A stretch of 64,000 nucleotides of DNA. It comes from Eledone cirrhosa. Lineage: Eukaryota. Under the pieces are notes generated by a model. The model did no database searches and was not told the DNA's origin. It saw only the letters and a list, made by a program, of their open reading frames with translations. The stretch is taken from the NCBI GenBank assembly GCA_964016885.1, contig OZ024757.1:36270001-36334000 (forward strand), given 5' to 3'. A program made the position numbers and the translations under genes. Positions 39,113-52,750 of this stretch are shown here, piece after piece (the stretch's first letter is position 1; each line of letters opens with the position of its first letter).

Positions 39113-42100
39113 TCTGTGTGCGATAGAAAGGGAGACGACTCTACTGAGCTATTCTATCCCACCCTACACTATATCACACACCCTCCCATCATATTGTCTC
39201 ATTTGTAATTCCTGTTATCTTCTTACATATATAACTACATACCTGGTGGGGGTGGGGATTTGTAGAGGAACGCTAGATTAACTTTCATAGATTTAGGACA
39301 CAATGCTGTTGATTGGAGACAGTTTTAGTAGACAGTGGTAGTAAATTCATATATAATCTCATACAAGTCATAGTATATGTCACGGTAGTGGTATTGTCAT
39401 AGTGGTGGTAATAGTGGTATTATTTGTGTCATAGTGGCATTATTTGTGTCATAGTAGTGGTAATAGTGGTATTATTTGTGTCATAGTGGTATTGTGTCAT
39501 AGTAGTGGTAATAGTGGTATTATTTATGTCATAGTAGTGGTAATTGTGAGGTAATAGTGGTATTATGTCATAGTAGTGGTGGTAATAGTGGTATGTCATA
39601 GTAGTGAGGTAATAGTGGTATTATGTCATGATAACAGTTGTGGTTGTCTTTGTTAAAATATTTAATGTTTCAGTTTAGTCGATATATCAAAACTCCTTTC
39701 TTTCCACTATTAAAACTTTGGGAGGAGACGATTATCATCCACTACAAGTATATCTACAAGCAGACTGCCTTTATCTAATTGTGAATTTGTTGTTGTTACA
39801 GCTCACCTACAGGTTTAGCTGGCTTTCTGAGGCTATATCTCATAGGAGGTTTCTTTGGTGTTTTACTGATGGGGACTCACACACCTATTATAATCTATTC
39901 TATAAATTGGCATTAAGAAGGGCATCCAGCTGAAGAAACCAACCAAACCAGAAGCAGTTCTGTATGAGCGAGACATAGTCATTTGACCTGACTTATCTCA
40001 CAATGGGACAACTCATCTAATCCATACTTGCATGGAAAAATGGACGTTAAATGGTGCTGATGGTGATGAATCAGATGTTTTACAATATAAATTCAAAATA
40101 AGACACACAAATACCTATACAGGCTCCACACATAAAATATATAGCAAAGAGTTCGATCGACAAGATCCTAGACCTCATTCGTTTACTAAGTGGAGTGGAA
40201 CTCGTCAAATGAGACAAAAGAAATAATGTTTCTATTGGTCTTTCCTTTACTGATACTATCTACCAGTCACAACTTCTGGCAAAATAGACAGTTACAATAT
40301 GAGATACACAAATACCTATGCATGTTCTACACAAAACTTTGCTATTTTATTTATTCTCTGTCGTTTAATATCACATGTAAGTGGGATATCCTCTGGCCAG
40401 ATAATGTTTTAGGCTTGGGAAGGACTTTAACTACAGAGAATTGTTGCTAAACATCAATCTTAAGCCCTGCCCTACTTTTCTTCTTTTGTCTACATTTTCG
40501 GATATATTTTTCACTTTTCACAATATCATCAGCTTGGAAGGTGAACCCTTTCAAGTCAGTAGACACAACAAAAGTTGGGGCTTGGTGCTTTATTGTAAAC
40601 ATTTATATATATATATATATATGGGAACCTTATAGGTACCCGTTTTATGTGTTGTGTTGAGGCAAATAACTGTGTATACTCTGGTAATGTATCTTGCATT
40701 GCCCATTGAGTGCGCTGAGATACAACTGGTCCTGGCATTGATAAATATGCTGGGTCCGTCAACCCTTATTATTATTATATATATATATATATATTATTAA
40801 TGTTCCTCAACACCGTTGATTGCTACCTAAGGTTTCAAAGCCTACTCCTGCATAGGTTATGGAGACATGATCCATGTTAGTTGTTGCTTATTGTTCAGGC
40901 AAGAAAATAAGAAGGCTGACGTTACTTTATATCTCGTAAAGTCATAGGTGGGTAATAAAGTAGATGTTTTTGTTTTGGAGAGTAACTTGTGTGTCTGAAT
41001 GTTTATAATTTTTTTTATTGTAATTATAAATGTTAAAGTGTGTGTGTATTTTGTTTATATTACTATATAGGTGGAATAGCAGTAATCAGTAGAGCATCGT
41101 ATAACATACTTGACAGCATATAGTTAGTCTTTTATGTTCCGAGTTCAAAACCTGCCACGGTTAGCTTTGCCTTCCATCCTTGCAGGGGTCAATAACATAA
41201 AGTAGCAGTAATACACTGGGTTTGATTTAATCGACTTTACCCTCCCCTAAAATTGTTGGCCTTGTGCCTAAATCAAAAACCATTATTTAAATAGCTTCTT
41301 ATATTTAAACCATATTTAAGTGCAGGGTGATGTGTATGGATGTGAGACCAACTTAGTGGATTTAGGTGGTGTTTAGCGTGTCTAGGCCTATATACTTTCA
41401 TGCTGACAGGTGTGATTTTAAGTGCAGACAGCCTCTAAATATCTCATTTTTTGTGTTCAAATATTTAGTGGAGGATTTCAAACCCTGTAATATCCTAAAT
41501 TTTTCATTTAGGCAAAGTGAATAAATCTTAGTTTCTTTAATATAAAGGCTTAACTTGTCTAGGATATTCCATTTATCCGTGTATTGTGTCCCTTTATTTT
41601 TCAGTTCTCATACTTGGTTTGCCAGTACCGTGGTTGTTTTTATTTGAATGATGTTATATGTATAGTATCATTGTTTTATATGGTCTTGTGTTATACCCAC
41701 ATATTGTTCACTTCTCTCTGTATGGTTGGTGGTATCTGGTTTCATGGTGGTTCCATATACAATTGACATAGCATCCTTTATCCTGTGGCTAATCTCTGTT
41801 TTATCTTGCTTGCACTACATGTTGCTAATTGTCATAAGTCTTTGGTTATTTCCCTTATCAGGTTTGGTTCCTTCAACACTTTGTCCCATATCTTCTTCCA
41901 CAGCTTCCAGCCACTTCAAGTGCTCATCACTTCCTTACTTAACTGACATCCTCCATATGCATTACATTCCTATTTCAAGAATTTTAACGGATTTTTATAA
42001 TGATTTTTAATTTTGTCTCGAGGCTGGCAATTTATTCGGAGGGGATAGTCACTTATGTTGGTCCCCAGTGTCTGTCTGGTACTTTATTTTATGAACCCTA

Positions 42101-44082
42101 GAAGGATGAAATCCAAAGTTGACTTCAGTGGGATTTCAACTCAGAACATAGAGAGACAGAAAAATACATTTGTCTGAAGTTCTAACAACTTTGCCCAGCC
42201 ACAATCCTTTTTAATATTATAACTAGCTTTATCATTATTGAGTATTTAAGTGTTGTAGATTGGCAGTATTGATAGAGCATTGGACAACATGCTTTGAGGT
42301 ATAGTTACGGTCTTTTATGTTCAGAGTTCAAATCCCGCTGAGGTTAGCTTTGTCTTTCATCCTCACGAGATCAATAAACTAAAGTACCAGTAATGCACTG
42401 GGATCGATATAATTGACTTTCCCTTCCCCAAAAATTGTTGGCCTTGTGCTTAAATCAGAAACCATTATTAAGTTAGTATTTGGAACATAACTTAACAAAG
42501 GTTCTTATTTACATAGAATTTGAAGTTGTTGAAAATCATCAAAATATTGAACTCCCTTTCCCTCGTCTACCATTAATTTTTGGGGTCATACATATGTTGC
42601 TTATATTTGACTATATACGATAGTTATATTAGGATTTAGTTTAGGGAGATTGGTTCACATGTTGAAATAATTGGGATTTTTTGTGATTGACAATAAATAT
42701 TGAAAAATATTGATCTACATTGACATGGTTTGGTAGCAGATGTGGTATTAAACTTAATTTAAATGAATTATATTATTTGCACTTGTATGTTTAGAGGGTT
42801 GTGTAGTTTTTCCATAGTGTATGGTAAGAACGGGAAGTGAAGAGGGAGAAACTAGAATGTCATACAATAAACCAGATAAAACTTATTTAAAAAACAGTCT
42901 AGGTGAAGGTAGAGGTGTAGAAAGTTGAGTGTGTGACATCTAAAATTAGGGTTAGGATTAGGATTATACTCACATGTATATGTAGTTGGGTGGGAGATAA
43001 ATTTCATTGATTTCTTAATACTTGTTAACCCATTTTATGACTGAATTCCTAATGACTAATAAAGAATTTGGTCATGGATTCACCAGCAGACTGGCATGAA
43101 CAACATAATTGAGACCATCAAGAAGGGCAAACATAGTTGGGCTGGCCATGTCTCTTGTTTCAGAGAAAACAGATGGATTGTTAGAGTGACAGAGTAGACA
43201 CCAAGGCAGTTAAGAAGAACCAGAGGGTGACCAAAGCCCAGATGGCTCAATATGACTAGAGATAGGAAACAGTGGAAGTCAACCTGGTGGGTTTCCTCTA
43301 ACAGGAGTGAGAAGGCTTTGGATTTGGGAATAAAGAATTTGGTGGGATTTACTAAAATAATTGTTTCATTTTGGAAATGGTGTTTATAATATAACTTAAA
43401 TGATTCTTCTATCAAATTTTATTGAAATATTATAATTTAAAATGAAACCGTTTAAAATGGACGGTTTTGGGTGGTTTGGTATTAAAAGGGTTTAATAAGA
43501 ACATTTTAAAATGGGTTATTTTAGTGTCTTTAAGGTTAGAGTTTCCTTAAGGTTGGGGGTTGAGTTTGTATCATAGAATTCAAGGTGATCTTGGGCAAGT
43601 TGTTACCGAACGGGTCAAACAACTTCATCATCATGACATCACCACCATCTCTTCATTTGTTAGTTTAATGGTTTAAACTATCCAAGGCTAAGTCCACCCC
43701 TCCTCGACCCAACTTGTCCCCACATCTAGAATGACTACAACATTAACAATTTCTTTAAATAACATGAAAGATTTTAAAAGGCTATGTATAAGGACTTATT
43801 GATCTATTGATCTAGAATGAAAATATTTGATTCACCAGATTTATTGCATATCAACACATTACATTACAGGCTTGTTAAGATTAAGGTTAGTAGTGAACAT
43901 TAGTGTTCTTTTAGGTTCAGTTTTGTTAAGTTTAGGGTTACAGTTAGCTTTCCTTAAGGATAGGGTTAGGTTTTGTTACAGGTAGCTTTCCTTAAGGGTA
44001 GGATTAGGTTTTGTTACAGATAGCTTTCTTTGGGGGTAGGGTTAGGGTTTGTTACAATTAGAGTTAAAATTCCCTTGTTAGC

Positions 44083-44132
<50 letters not shown>

Positions 44133-45078
44133 CATGAATTTAATTTGGTAAACCAAATGAGTTATTTCCATTTTCTTCATTGGCAATCTATAAACAATGG
44201 AGCCTTATTTAAAATATATGTGTGATGTTTTGGGTGATGTTGACCAATGTTTGGCCCACATCCAGTATGCAGTAGCAACAACCACCCCAGAAACAGCTGC
44301 AACACCACCACCAACAACAGGTCCTTGTTAGGTGTTTTATTAATTACTGAGGCGCTGATCACCAGCCAAGCACAGGTGAAACTACATGCACTACTGTAGA
44401 AGCTCTTATTAGTTAGAACCCAATTCCACTGTGCTTGTCAGTCTTAATGTAATGTGATTCTGTGACTTTGATCCATTGTTTAATTCATTATTTATATTCT
44501 TGTATTCTTTTACTGCTTCCAATCAATAGACTGTGACCATGCAGGGATTTAAGTCAGTCATATCAACCCAGTACTTATTTTTTTTAAGTCTATCATATTT
44601 TATTGATCTCCTTTTTGTTGGTCAACCCGAAGTTATAGAAGATACTTGCCCAATATTCTATCAACACACCACTGAACATGGAAGAAAATTATGATCATTA
44701 TCATCATGTTTATGTCCACTTTTCCATGCTTTCATGAGTTGGACAGGGGGTCTCCAACATCTCACTATGTGCTCCTTTGTTTTCTGCTTTTTAAGGTTCA
44801 CCATCCTGCAGTTAGCTTTCACCACTTCTGTCCTTGTCTTCCTTGGTCTTCCTCTTCTCTTCCATCCACTTACTTGAAACTTGTGGCACTTCCTTACCTA
44901 ACCCTCATCATACTTGTACTGTCAATATTATGATTGTTGCATAAGTATTTCTGTTGAAAAGTATTAAATGATCAGGGGTTCTTGAAAAATCTTGGGAAAA
45001 TGGAAATATTGTTTAAGGATTTTTTTCTAATTTGTTTATGAAATGTTGGTCTTTCACCCTTTTGTTACTATAATAAGA

Positions 45079-45270
45079 GGGTCAGCTGAAAAGTTCATAG
45101 GCTGACCAAGATACTCTCATGGAATGACCAAATGAGGTTTATTTTTCAACATAGTCCCTGGAAAGAAACAATGCAGTTATTAATAAGAAGAGTTGAAATT
45201 AATGCATGCAAGATTTCACATCTCAAGCATCACTCCTTCATAGTCAGCCTATGAACTTTTCAGCCAACCC
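45079..45270. mobile_element. mariner-type MITE, second copy
   Basis: near-identical to 1171-1347. Confidence 0.7.
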
Positions 45271-45429
45271 TTGTTCAAAACTGTATAATAATTAGAAAGT
45301 TAGTTTCATAACTAAATCCCTACAATTTCTTCCAGCATTTTCAAAATATTTGAAAATCATACATTGTCATTTTTATTAGCAATATAACAAAAGGGTTGAA
45401 ATTATTTTCATGTTTAAATATATATTTTC

Positions 45430-45676
45430 TGTGTATATCTGGTTTACAATAAGTACACTGTATCCCTGTGTATATCTGGTTTACAATAAGTACACTGTAT
45501 CCCTGTATATATCTGGTTTACAATAGGTACACTGTATCCCTGTGTATATCTGGTTTAGAATAGGTACACTGTATCCCTGTATATATCTAGTTTACAATAG
45601 GTACACTGTATCCCTGCTTTAATCTAGTTTACAATAGGTACACTGTACCCCTGTGTATATCTGGTTTACAATAGGT
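45430..45676 (-). repeat. same 37-bp minisatellite, inverted
   Basis: unit tgtgtatatctggtttacaataggtacactgtatccc. Confidence 0.9.
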
Positions 45677-46167
45677 GTCATAAGTTGTATCAAATCTCTC
45701 CTTGGCCCTACATATCAGAGGTGACTAAAAAGGCCCCTATGTTGAGTATGAAACTTGTGTTGTTTTTATATATACTAGCAGAAAAACCACCCATCGTGCG
45801 GTTCTCTGCTAGCATGTGTAGTGTGCATATTGATATTATACACAAGTATATATACATGTAGATTTGATACATCAAATAAAATTGTAATTGACAATATGTA
45901 CAGAAATTGAACGAAGACTGTCTTCTGTAATCAGTAATGCAATCCATGATACATAAAAAAACACGATATTATATATAAATTGAATTACTAGAAAATTAGT
46001 GATGGAAATATATGAATATTTATTTAACCGATCGCTAACCGGAAGTGTTGACATTTGAAAATTTTAAAGAAGTGAATCTTAAAATAAGCAACAAAATTAT
46101 TTATATTTAATAATGAAATTTAGTAGATAAATGATGTAATATTCATTCATTATTTATTCAAAGTAAT

Positions 46168-46345
46168 GGATTGGCAGTATCGGTAGAGGGTCCGACGCCA
46201 TGCTTTGACGCATAGAGTTACGGCCCTTGTCATTCTGAGTTCAAATCCCGCCGAGGTTATCTTTGCCTTTCATCCTTACGGGGTCGATAAAATAAAGTAC
46301 CAGTAATGCACTGGGGGTAATTGCTGGCCTTGTGCCAAAAGTAGA
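46168..46345 (+). mobile_element. same SINE family
   Basis: A/B boxes plus domain; flanked by direct repeat ttatttattcaaagtaat (TSD-like). Confidence 0.8.
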
Positions 46346-46495
46346 TAATTATTTATTCAAAGTAATCCAACTTATTTTACAAACGGGATAAAAAACTATA
46401 TTCTGGATGCAGTCCTACACTCCTTACTTTATTATAGTTTAGATATATAATTAGGGAACACAGAACCAGTGTTGCATCCAATTGCACCCTTACTA

Positions 46496-46584
<89 letters not shown>

Positions 46585-46586
<2 letters not shown>

Positions 46587-46785
46587 GGAAAAAGTATGAC
46601 CCCCGACGGCAGAGCTCAAGCCGTTTCGACGGCTGTTTCTGAAAGAGTCCAGAAATAGCTGTCGAAACGGCTTGAGCTCTGCCGTCGGGGTCATACTTTT
46701 TCCTATTTCCCACTCTACTACCCTAAGTATTGAGTACTCTGGTGCGTTATGGTCCATCTGGTTCCTTACCACAATTCCTTTGTTA
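46585..46785 (-). mobile_element. fold-back element copy (inverted), ~100 nt upstream of the last exon
   Basis: reverse complement homologue; (CT)n(TA)n and (TA)n flanks. Confidence 0.75.
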
Positions 46786-46890
46786 TATATATACATATAT
46801 ATATATATATTTATATATATTTATATATATATATATTTTGTTTTTTGTTTTTTTTTATCATTTTCTATATTCTTCTGTCTTTCTTTGCAG

Positions 46891-46901
46891 AACTCATTTA
46901 A
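46891..46901 (+). CDS. MAP7: MAP7-like terminal exon, coding part (E-L-I-stop when joined in phase 1)
   Basis: strong acceptor ttctttgcag|; G+AA CTC ATT TAA gives ...DVSELI*, like the EVI/EVL-type C-termini of vertebrate MAP7 proteins; candidate AATAAA at 48520. Confidence 0.65.
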
Positions 46902-47922
46902 TGGCATCGTAGTTCCTGGCAGTAGAACTGACATGCTGGAGGGTCAACTGTCCTGTCCCCTGCCGTTATCAACAGATACCAAAAGCAGCAACAGTACCCA
47001 TGTTACTGATAATACCTACTCAAACATCTTGCAACCGGTGTCTGTGAAACCAAAGCCAGCTTTGCCTCCACTTACATCTTCATCTAAACAACAATGCAGT
47101 GAGCTGCACCACCATTGCAACTGCAACATTAACAGCTCTGCTGATAACCCCAATAATAACGATGAAAGCAATCAGGTTTCTGGTGAGCGAAGCATTTCAA
47201 GGATCCAGAATCTTCCGATTAGTAGAGCTGCTCAGCGAATAACGGTTGATTCCGGTTCTTCAGCTTTCTCTTATATAGACGTTAGAGGTGGCAAAGGTGG
47301 GGGGGAGAATGATAATGTGGAGACTGACTTCTGCATTCAATGGGACATTGACTCTAGCACTTTTCCTTCTTGCACTGGCACGGAATCTCACCTGAGTTCA
47401 AACAAGACCACTACAGGTAACAACCACTTAAACTACCTTGATGATTATCAAATTATCTCTGGCCATCGAGCCACAGATAATACAACAACAAATACTACTA
47501 CTAGTGTTATTACTATACCTACTGTTACTTTTAATTCTACGACAGCTACTACTTTAACACATACTACTAGTCTTGCCTCTCTTCTCACTATGCCTGCTTC
47601 TAACACCTCAACTCCAACAACCAATACTCCTGCCACCTCTAATTCCATGGCTTCAATGTCTATTGACTGTCTGCATAGCACTGGTAGGGAAGACAGCAAC
47701 ACTAGTAGTGGCACTACTACTACTATACCAACTATCTCGTCTGACTACTTATGGCTACAGCTGGAACAGCTAATGCTACACAGAAGTGACCAGGTAGTCC
47801 AGCAACTCCTCAGCTATGGAATCAACCACAGTCCAGTCACCACGGAAGATTCCATGTCCACAGAGGACAGCATTTGGGGAAAAATTGAAAAAAATGTTCC
47901 TCACAATTTGAACCAAGTTTGA
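46891..47922 (+). CDS. alternative-frame 343-aa S/T/N-rich ORF in the terminal exon (needs a phase-0 donor)
   Basis: open from the acceptor for 1032 nt in non-microsatellite sequence; no recognisable domain. Confidence 0.4.
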   Translation, partial: NSFNGIVVPGSRTDMLEGQLSCPLPLSTDTKSSNSTHVTDNTYSNILQPVSVKPKPALPPLTSSSKQQCSELHHHCNCNINSSADNPNNNDESNQVSGERSISRIQNLPISRAAQRITVDSGSSAFSYIDVRGGKGGGENDNVETDFCIQWDIDSSTFPSCTGTESHLSSNKTTTGNNHLNYLDDYQIISGHRATDNTTTNTTTSVITIPTVTFNSTTATTLTHTTSLASLLTMPASNTSTPTTNTPATSNSMASMSIDCLHSTGREDSNTSSGTTTTIPTISSDYLWLQLEQLMLHRSDQVVQQLLSYGINHSPVTTEDSMSTEDSIWGKIEKNVPHNLNQV

Positions 47923-48689
47923 AAAAAGACACACACGGACCGATTTCTGGGAGAGGTTTCCTTTCATAAGAATGGTTTACAAGATGATAGCAATAATAAT
48001 AATGATAGTTATTTTAAGGGAGGGGTAGATTATTACAACCCAGAATACATGTCATTCCACTAGGGATTGGTTCTTGGCTATTTTATTTGTTATATAATAA
48101 TAATAATAATAATAATGATATTAACTGTAGATAATACTAATTTTTTGATTGACATTTAAAAAAACACAGCTCTCCAAAGAAATGTTGCATTCCAACCCTA
48201 TTTCACAATAGGGTATGGGGAGGCAGCATCGGAGCTTTTCATAAAACCATTCACTATGGAGGGTGGATGTAACACAATAATGGGTTAACACAGACATACA
48301 TATGTATATACAGAAAATATCCATAGGTGAGAAAAAAGGAAAAACAGTGCTCAATCAGGAATGAGAACTGATATATTATTTCTGTTCATACATGGAGCAA
48401 CATCGCTATCAATCTTCCAGCTTATCTAAACACTGAAGATTAGGTCACAATTTTGATACCTCTCATAATATAGAGATATGGCCTTAAAAGCTTAGCTTTT
48501 TGTTCCGTGTATCAACATAAATAAAATCATATATAAATATGTTTCTGTTTGTATGTGTGTATATACAAATATATGAGTATGTGTTTATGTGTATGTATAC
48601 AAATATATCTGTATGTGTGTTGGTATTGTTGTAGGTTGTGTCAACCCCTGGGACTCTCAATTTACTTTTAACCCCAGACTGATTAGTGG

Positions 48690-48769
48690 CTCATATATAT
48701 ATATATATAATTATATGTGAGTGTGTGTGCGTATATATATATTTGTGTATATATATAGTTGTATGTATA

Positions 48770-48813
<44 letters not shown>

Positions 48814-49002
48814 TATGTAAATATATATATATATATACATATGTGTATATATGTATATATACACATGTGTATATATGTATATATAAACACGTGTATATAT
48901 GTATATATATACACATGAATGAAATATGTATATATATATGTATATATATACACATATGTGTATATATGTATATATATATATATATATATATACATATGTG
49001 TA

Positions 49003-49062
<60 letters not shown>

Positions 49063-49167
49063 TGTGTATATATATATATATATATATACACATATATGTG
49101 TATATATGTATATATATATATATATATGTGTGTATATATGTATATATATACACACATATATGTGTAG

Positions 49168-49198
<31 letters not shown>

Positions 49199-49588
49199 CA
49201 CGTGTATATATGTATATATATTTATATATACACATGTGTATATATGTATATATATTTATATATATACACATGTGTATATATGTATATATATATATATATA
49301 TATACACATGTGTATATATATATATATATACACATATATATGTATTTATATATATATATGTATTTATATATATATACATGCATATATATGTATTTATATA
49401 TATATATATATATACATGCATATATATGTATTTATATATATATATACATGTATATATATATATATTTATATATATATACACATATATGTATATATATATA
49501 TATACATATACACACATATATATGTGTGTATATATATATATACACACATGTATTTATATATATATAGATACATGTATATATATGTATT

Positions 49589-49620
<32 letters not shown>

Positions 49621-49624
49621 TATG

Positions 49625-49660
<36 letters not shown>

Positions 49661-50005
49661 CACATATATGTATATATATATATACACATATATATGTATA
49701 TATATATATACACACATGTATATATATGTATATATATATATACACATGTATATATATGTATATATATATATACACATGTATATATATGTATTTATATATA
49801 TATATATACATGTATATATATGTATTTATATATATATATACATGTATATATATGTATTTATATATATATATACATGTATATATATGTATTTATATATATA
49901 CATGTATATATATGTATTTATATATATATATACATGTATATATATGTATTTATATAAATATATACATGTATATATATGTATTTATATATATATACACGTA
50001 TAAAT
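48690..50005. repeat. long (TA)n/(TACA)n low-complexity tract (similar tracts at 23175-23580 and 51010-51540)
   Basis: direct inspection. Confidence 0.95.
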
Positions 50006-50097
50006 ATGTATTTATAAACGGAAAAAATGAAACGAAATTTCATTTCTCACTCTTAGTATGGCTATAATATAAGTATATATACATATACTTTTATATG

Positions 50098-50140
<43 letters not shown>

Positions 50141-50248
50141 CTGTATATATATATGAATATAGAAAATAGAATAGCTTTCACCATATTTTTTTTGACTCAA
50201 GAAATGTATATAATAATAATAAAATGTTGAGGGGAAGCACACGAGTTA

Positions 50249-50308
<60 letters not shown>

Positions 50309-50352
50309 AAGTTAAATAAAAGTCAAATGATTAAAATTTAGCTTCGTTTATT

Positions 50353-50407
50353 ACTGCTATATATATTTCAGTGACAGCCATCTTTGGCTGTGACCTCTTC
50401 AGGCAGT
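50353..50407 (-). ncRNA. minimal type I hammerhead ribozyme (inverted copy)
   Basis: exact reverse complement of 50601-50655. Confidence 0.8.
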
Positions 50408-50600
50408 TTGAATTAGTATGGTATAGACAAGTACATATGTTGTTGAGGTGTATAATATTGTCAATATTATACAAACTGGAGTCATATGACTCCAGTTCCT
50501 CAGTGAAATAACAACCCAACAAGGAACTGGGCATATCAGAGTATTGACAATATTATACACCTCAACAACATATGTACTTGTCTATACCATACTAATTCAA

Positions 50601-50655
50601 ACTGCCTGAAGAGGTCACAGCCAAAGATGGCTGTCACTGAAATATATATAGCAGT
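50601..50655 (+). ncRNA. minimal type I hammerhead ribozyme
   Basis: actgc-CTGAAGA-ggtcacagcca aaga tggctgtcact-GAAA-tatata-TA-gcagt: stem I, intact core, stem II, palindromic minimal stem III, AUA cleavage triplet. Confidence 0.8.
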
Positions 50656-50801
50656 AATAAACGAAGCTAAATTTTAATCATTTGACTTTTATTTAACTTT
50701 ATTTTACACTACTCCGGAGTAACCAAACCAACCTGCGCACTTCGTCGAGTGCTCCAGCCTGCATACTGAGGTGTTGGTATACAACCAACATAAACTCAAA
50801 A

Positions 50802-50851
<50 letters not shown>

Positions 50852-51785
50852 GAAAACAGGGAGAAAGACGATTATTAGGAAGAAAAATATATATTTTTTC
50901 CCTTTTTGTTTCTCTCTCTTTTTTCTGGGTTAGAAAATAATTAAAACAAAATGTTTTACTTTATGTGAAGTGTTAAGGTATTAGTTGATTTATTTATTAA
51001 ATTATTTATTTATATATATGTATGTGTATATATGTATATATATATGTATATATGTACATATATATATGTGTATATATGTACATATATATATATATGTGTA
51101 TATATGTACATATATATACATATGTGTATATATGTGCATGTGTATATATGTATGTGTATATGTATATATATATGTGTATATATATATGTATGTATATATA
51201 TATATATATACATATATGTATATATATATGTATCTATATATATTTATGTACATATGTATGTTTCTGTGTGTGTGTATATATATGTGTGTGTATATATATA
51301 TATGTGTATGTATGTGTGTGTGTGTATATATATGTGTATGTGTGTATATATATGTATGTATGTGTATATATATGTATGTATGTGTATGTGTGTATATATA
51401 TATGTATGTGTATGTGTATATATATGTATGTGTGTGTATGTGTATATATATGTATGTGTGTATGTGTAAATATATATATGTATGTATGTGTATGTATGTA
51501 TATATGTATATATGTATGCATATATATATGTATATATTTATATTGGTATTTTTAACCATTCGTCAATCACTAATAATCATTAATTGCCAGATAAATTAAC
51601 TATAGAGATATAAAAGACACAGAAGCAAAACCCAACCCAGACCCAACTTATTATTTCTGGCAATATTATAACAATATGACCCTCCTCAAATATAACAATA
51701 TAAACACACACACACACATATATATATTAATACACACACACACATGTATATATATATTAATACACACACACACATATATATTAAT

Positions 51786-51821
<36 letters not shown>

Positions 51822-52514
51822 CAACTCAGAGAAGCAATTAGACTCAAACTAAAGTTTCAATTTGGTGGGATATAAGCTAAACTAAAAGTTTCTCCTGAAG
51901 ATGAAATAATTAATGTTGTTTCTTAATTCCAGAAACCGTGATTGGGCATGGTATATGTGTAAAACTGACTTATTTTGGTTTGTCTAGCTTATATCCCCCC
52001 AAATTGAGATTAAAGTTTAATGTTTAACATAAATATGAACTGGCCGGGTGCTGTTGGGATAGAGTAGTGAAATACATCAGAAAGTGCTCAACTACTGTTG
52101 TGGGAGCTTTGTGCATCAGAATTTTACTAGTTTAGTAAGAGCATTATTCAGCAAACTTATATATTTACTCTATCCCCAGTATCAAGTACTCTGCTCAATA
52201 ATGGTCTTGTTTTAAACTGGTAGAATTCTTAAATATATTTGTATATGTATGTATGTATGGATGTATATTACACACACACACACTGTTATATTATTTCGTT
52301 AAGTGGTTGGTGTTATGAAGAAGGAAAAGCCACCATCATGTACAGGTAAATACTTTCACACGCTCCAGACAAATTCAAGCCAACACATCAAAGCCCTTCA
52401 GTTTTTCGTTTCTTTTTAAAACAAATGTTGTTGTCTTTAATAAAGTTTTATGAACAATTTATTCATTTTTATCTCAATCTATCATTAACCAATATGTTTA
52501 TAATTGATATGGGT

Positions 52515-52750
52515 GTTTTGCAAAATGATCCTCTTGGTTTGTGCCTTTTTATATGTTTGGACTACACCCTTCACACTGCCATCACCGATATTGACAGTAT
52601 AACCATCAAGAGTTGATGGAGTTGTCCTCCTTGATCTTGACCATGCAGATGATGTCGCTCTTCTGGAAGATACCATTGAATCAGCTCAGGACCTCCATCA
52701 TATCGAGACTGCCTGACAAGGGGTGGATTTGTTTCTCAATGCTTCACAAA
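52515..52750 (+). mobile_element. decayed non-LTR RT fragment
   Basis: GVLQNDPLGLCLFICLDY, then frameshifted LDHADDVALL. Confidence 0.6.

Larger units (their letters stand above)
50302..50795. mobile_element. Penelope-like pseudo-LTR / non-autonomous element with a 165-bp perfect inverted repeat, inserted in (TA)n
   Basis: arms 50302-50466 and 50542-50706, hammerhead motifs, (TA)n on both flanks. Confidence 0.65.

Noticed and set aside
43960-44050. TTAGGG telomere-like motifs
   Set aside because: Only scattered single hexamers within a degenerate ~39-bp repeat
48683-51599. Many 100-414 aa Y/I-rich ORFs
   Set aside because: (TA)n-type microsatellites
51890-51945. CTGAAGA...GAAAC hammerhead-like motif
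   Set aside because: Stem II broken, no NUH triplet or stem I; at best a relic
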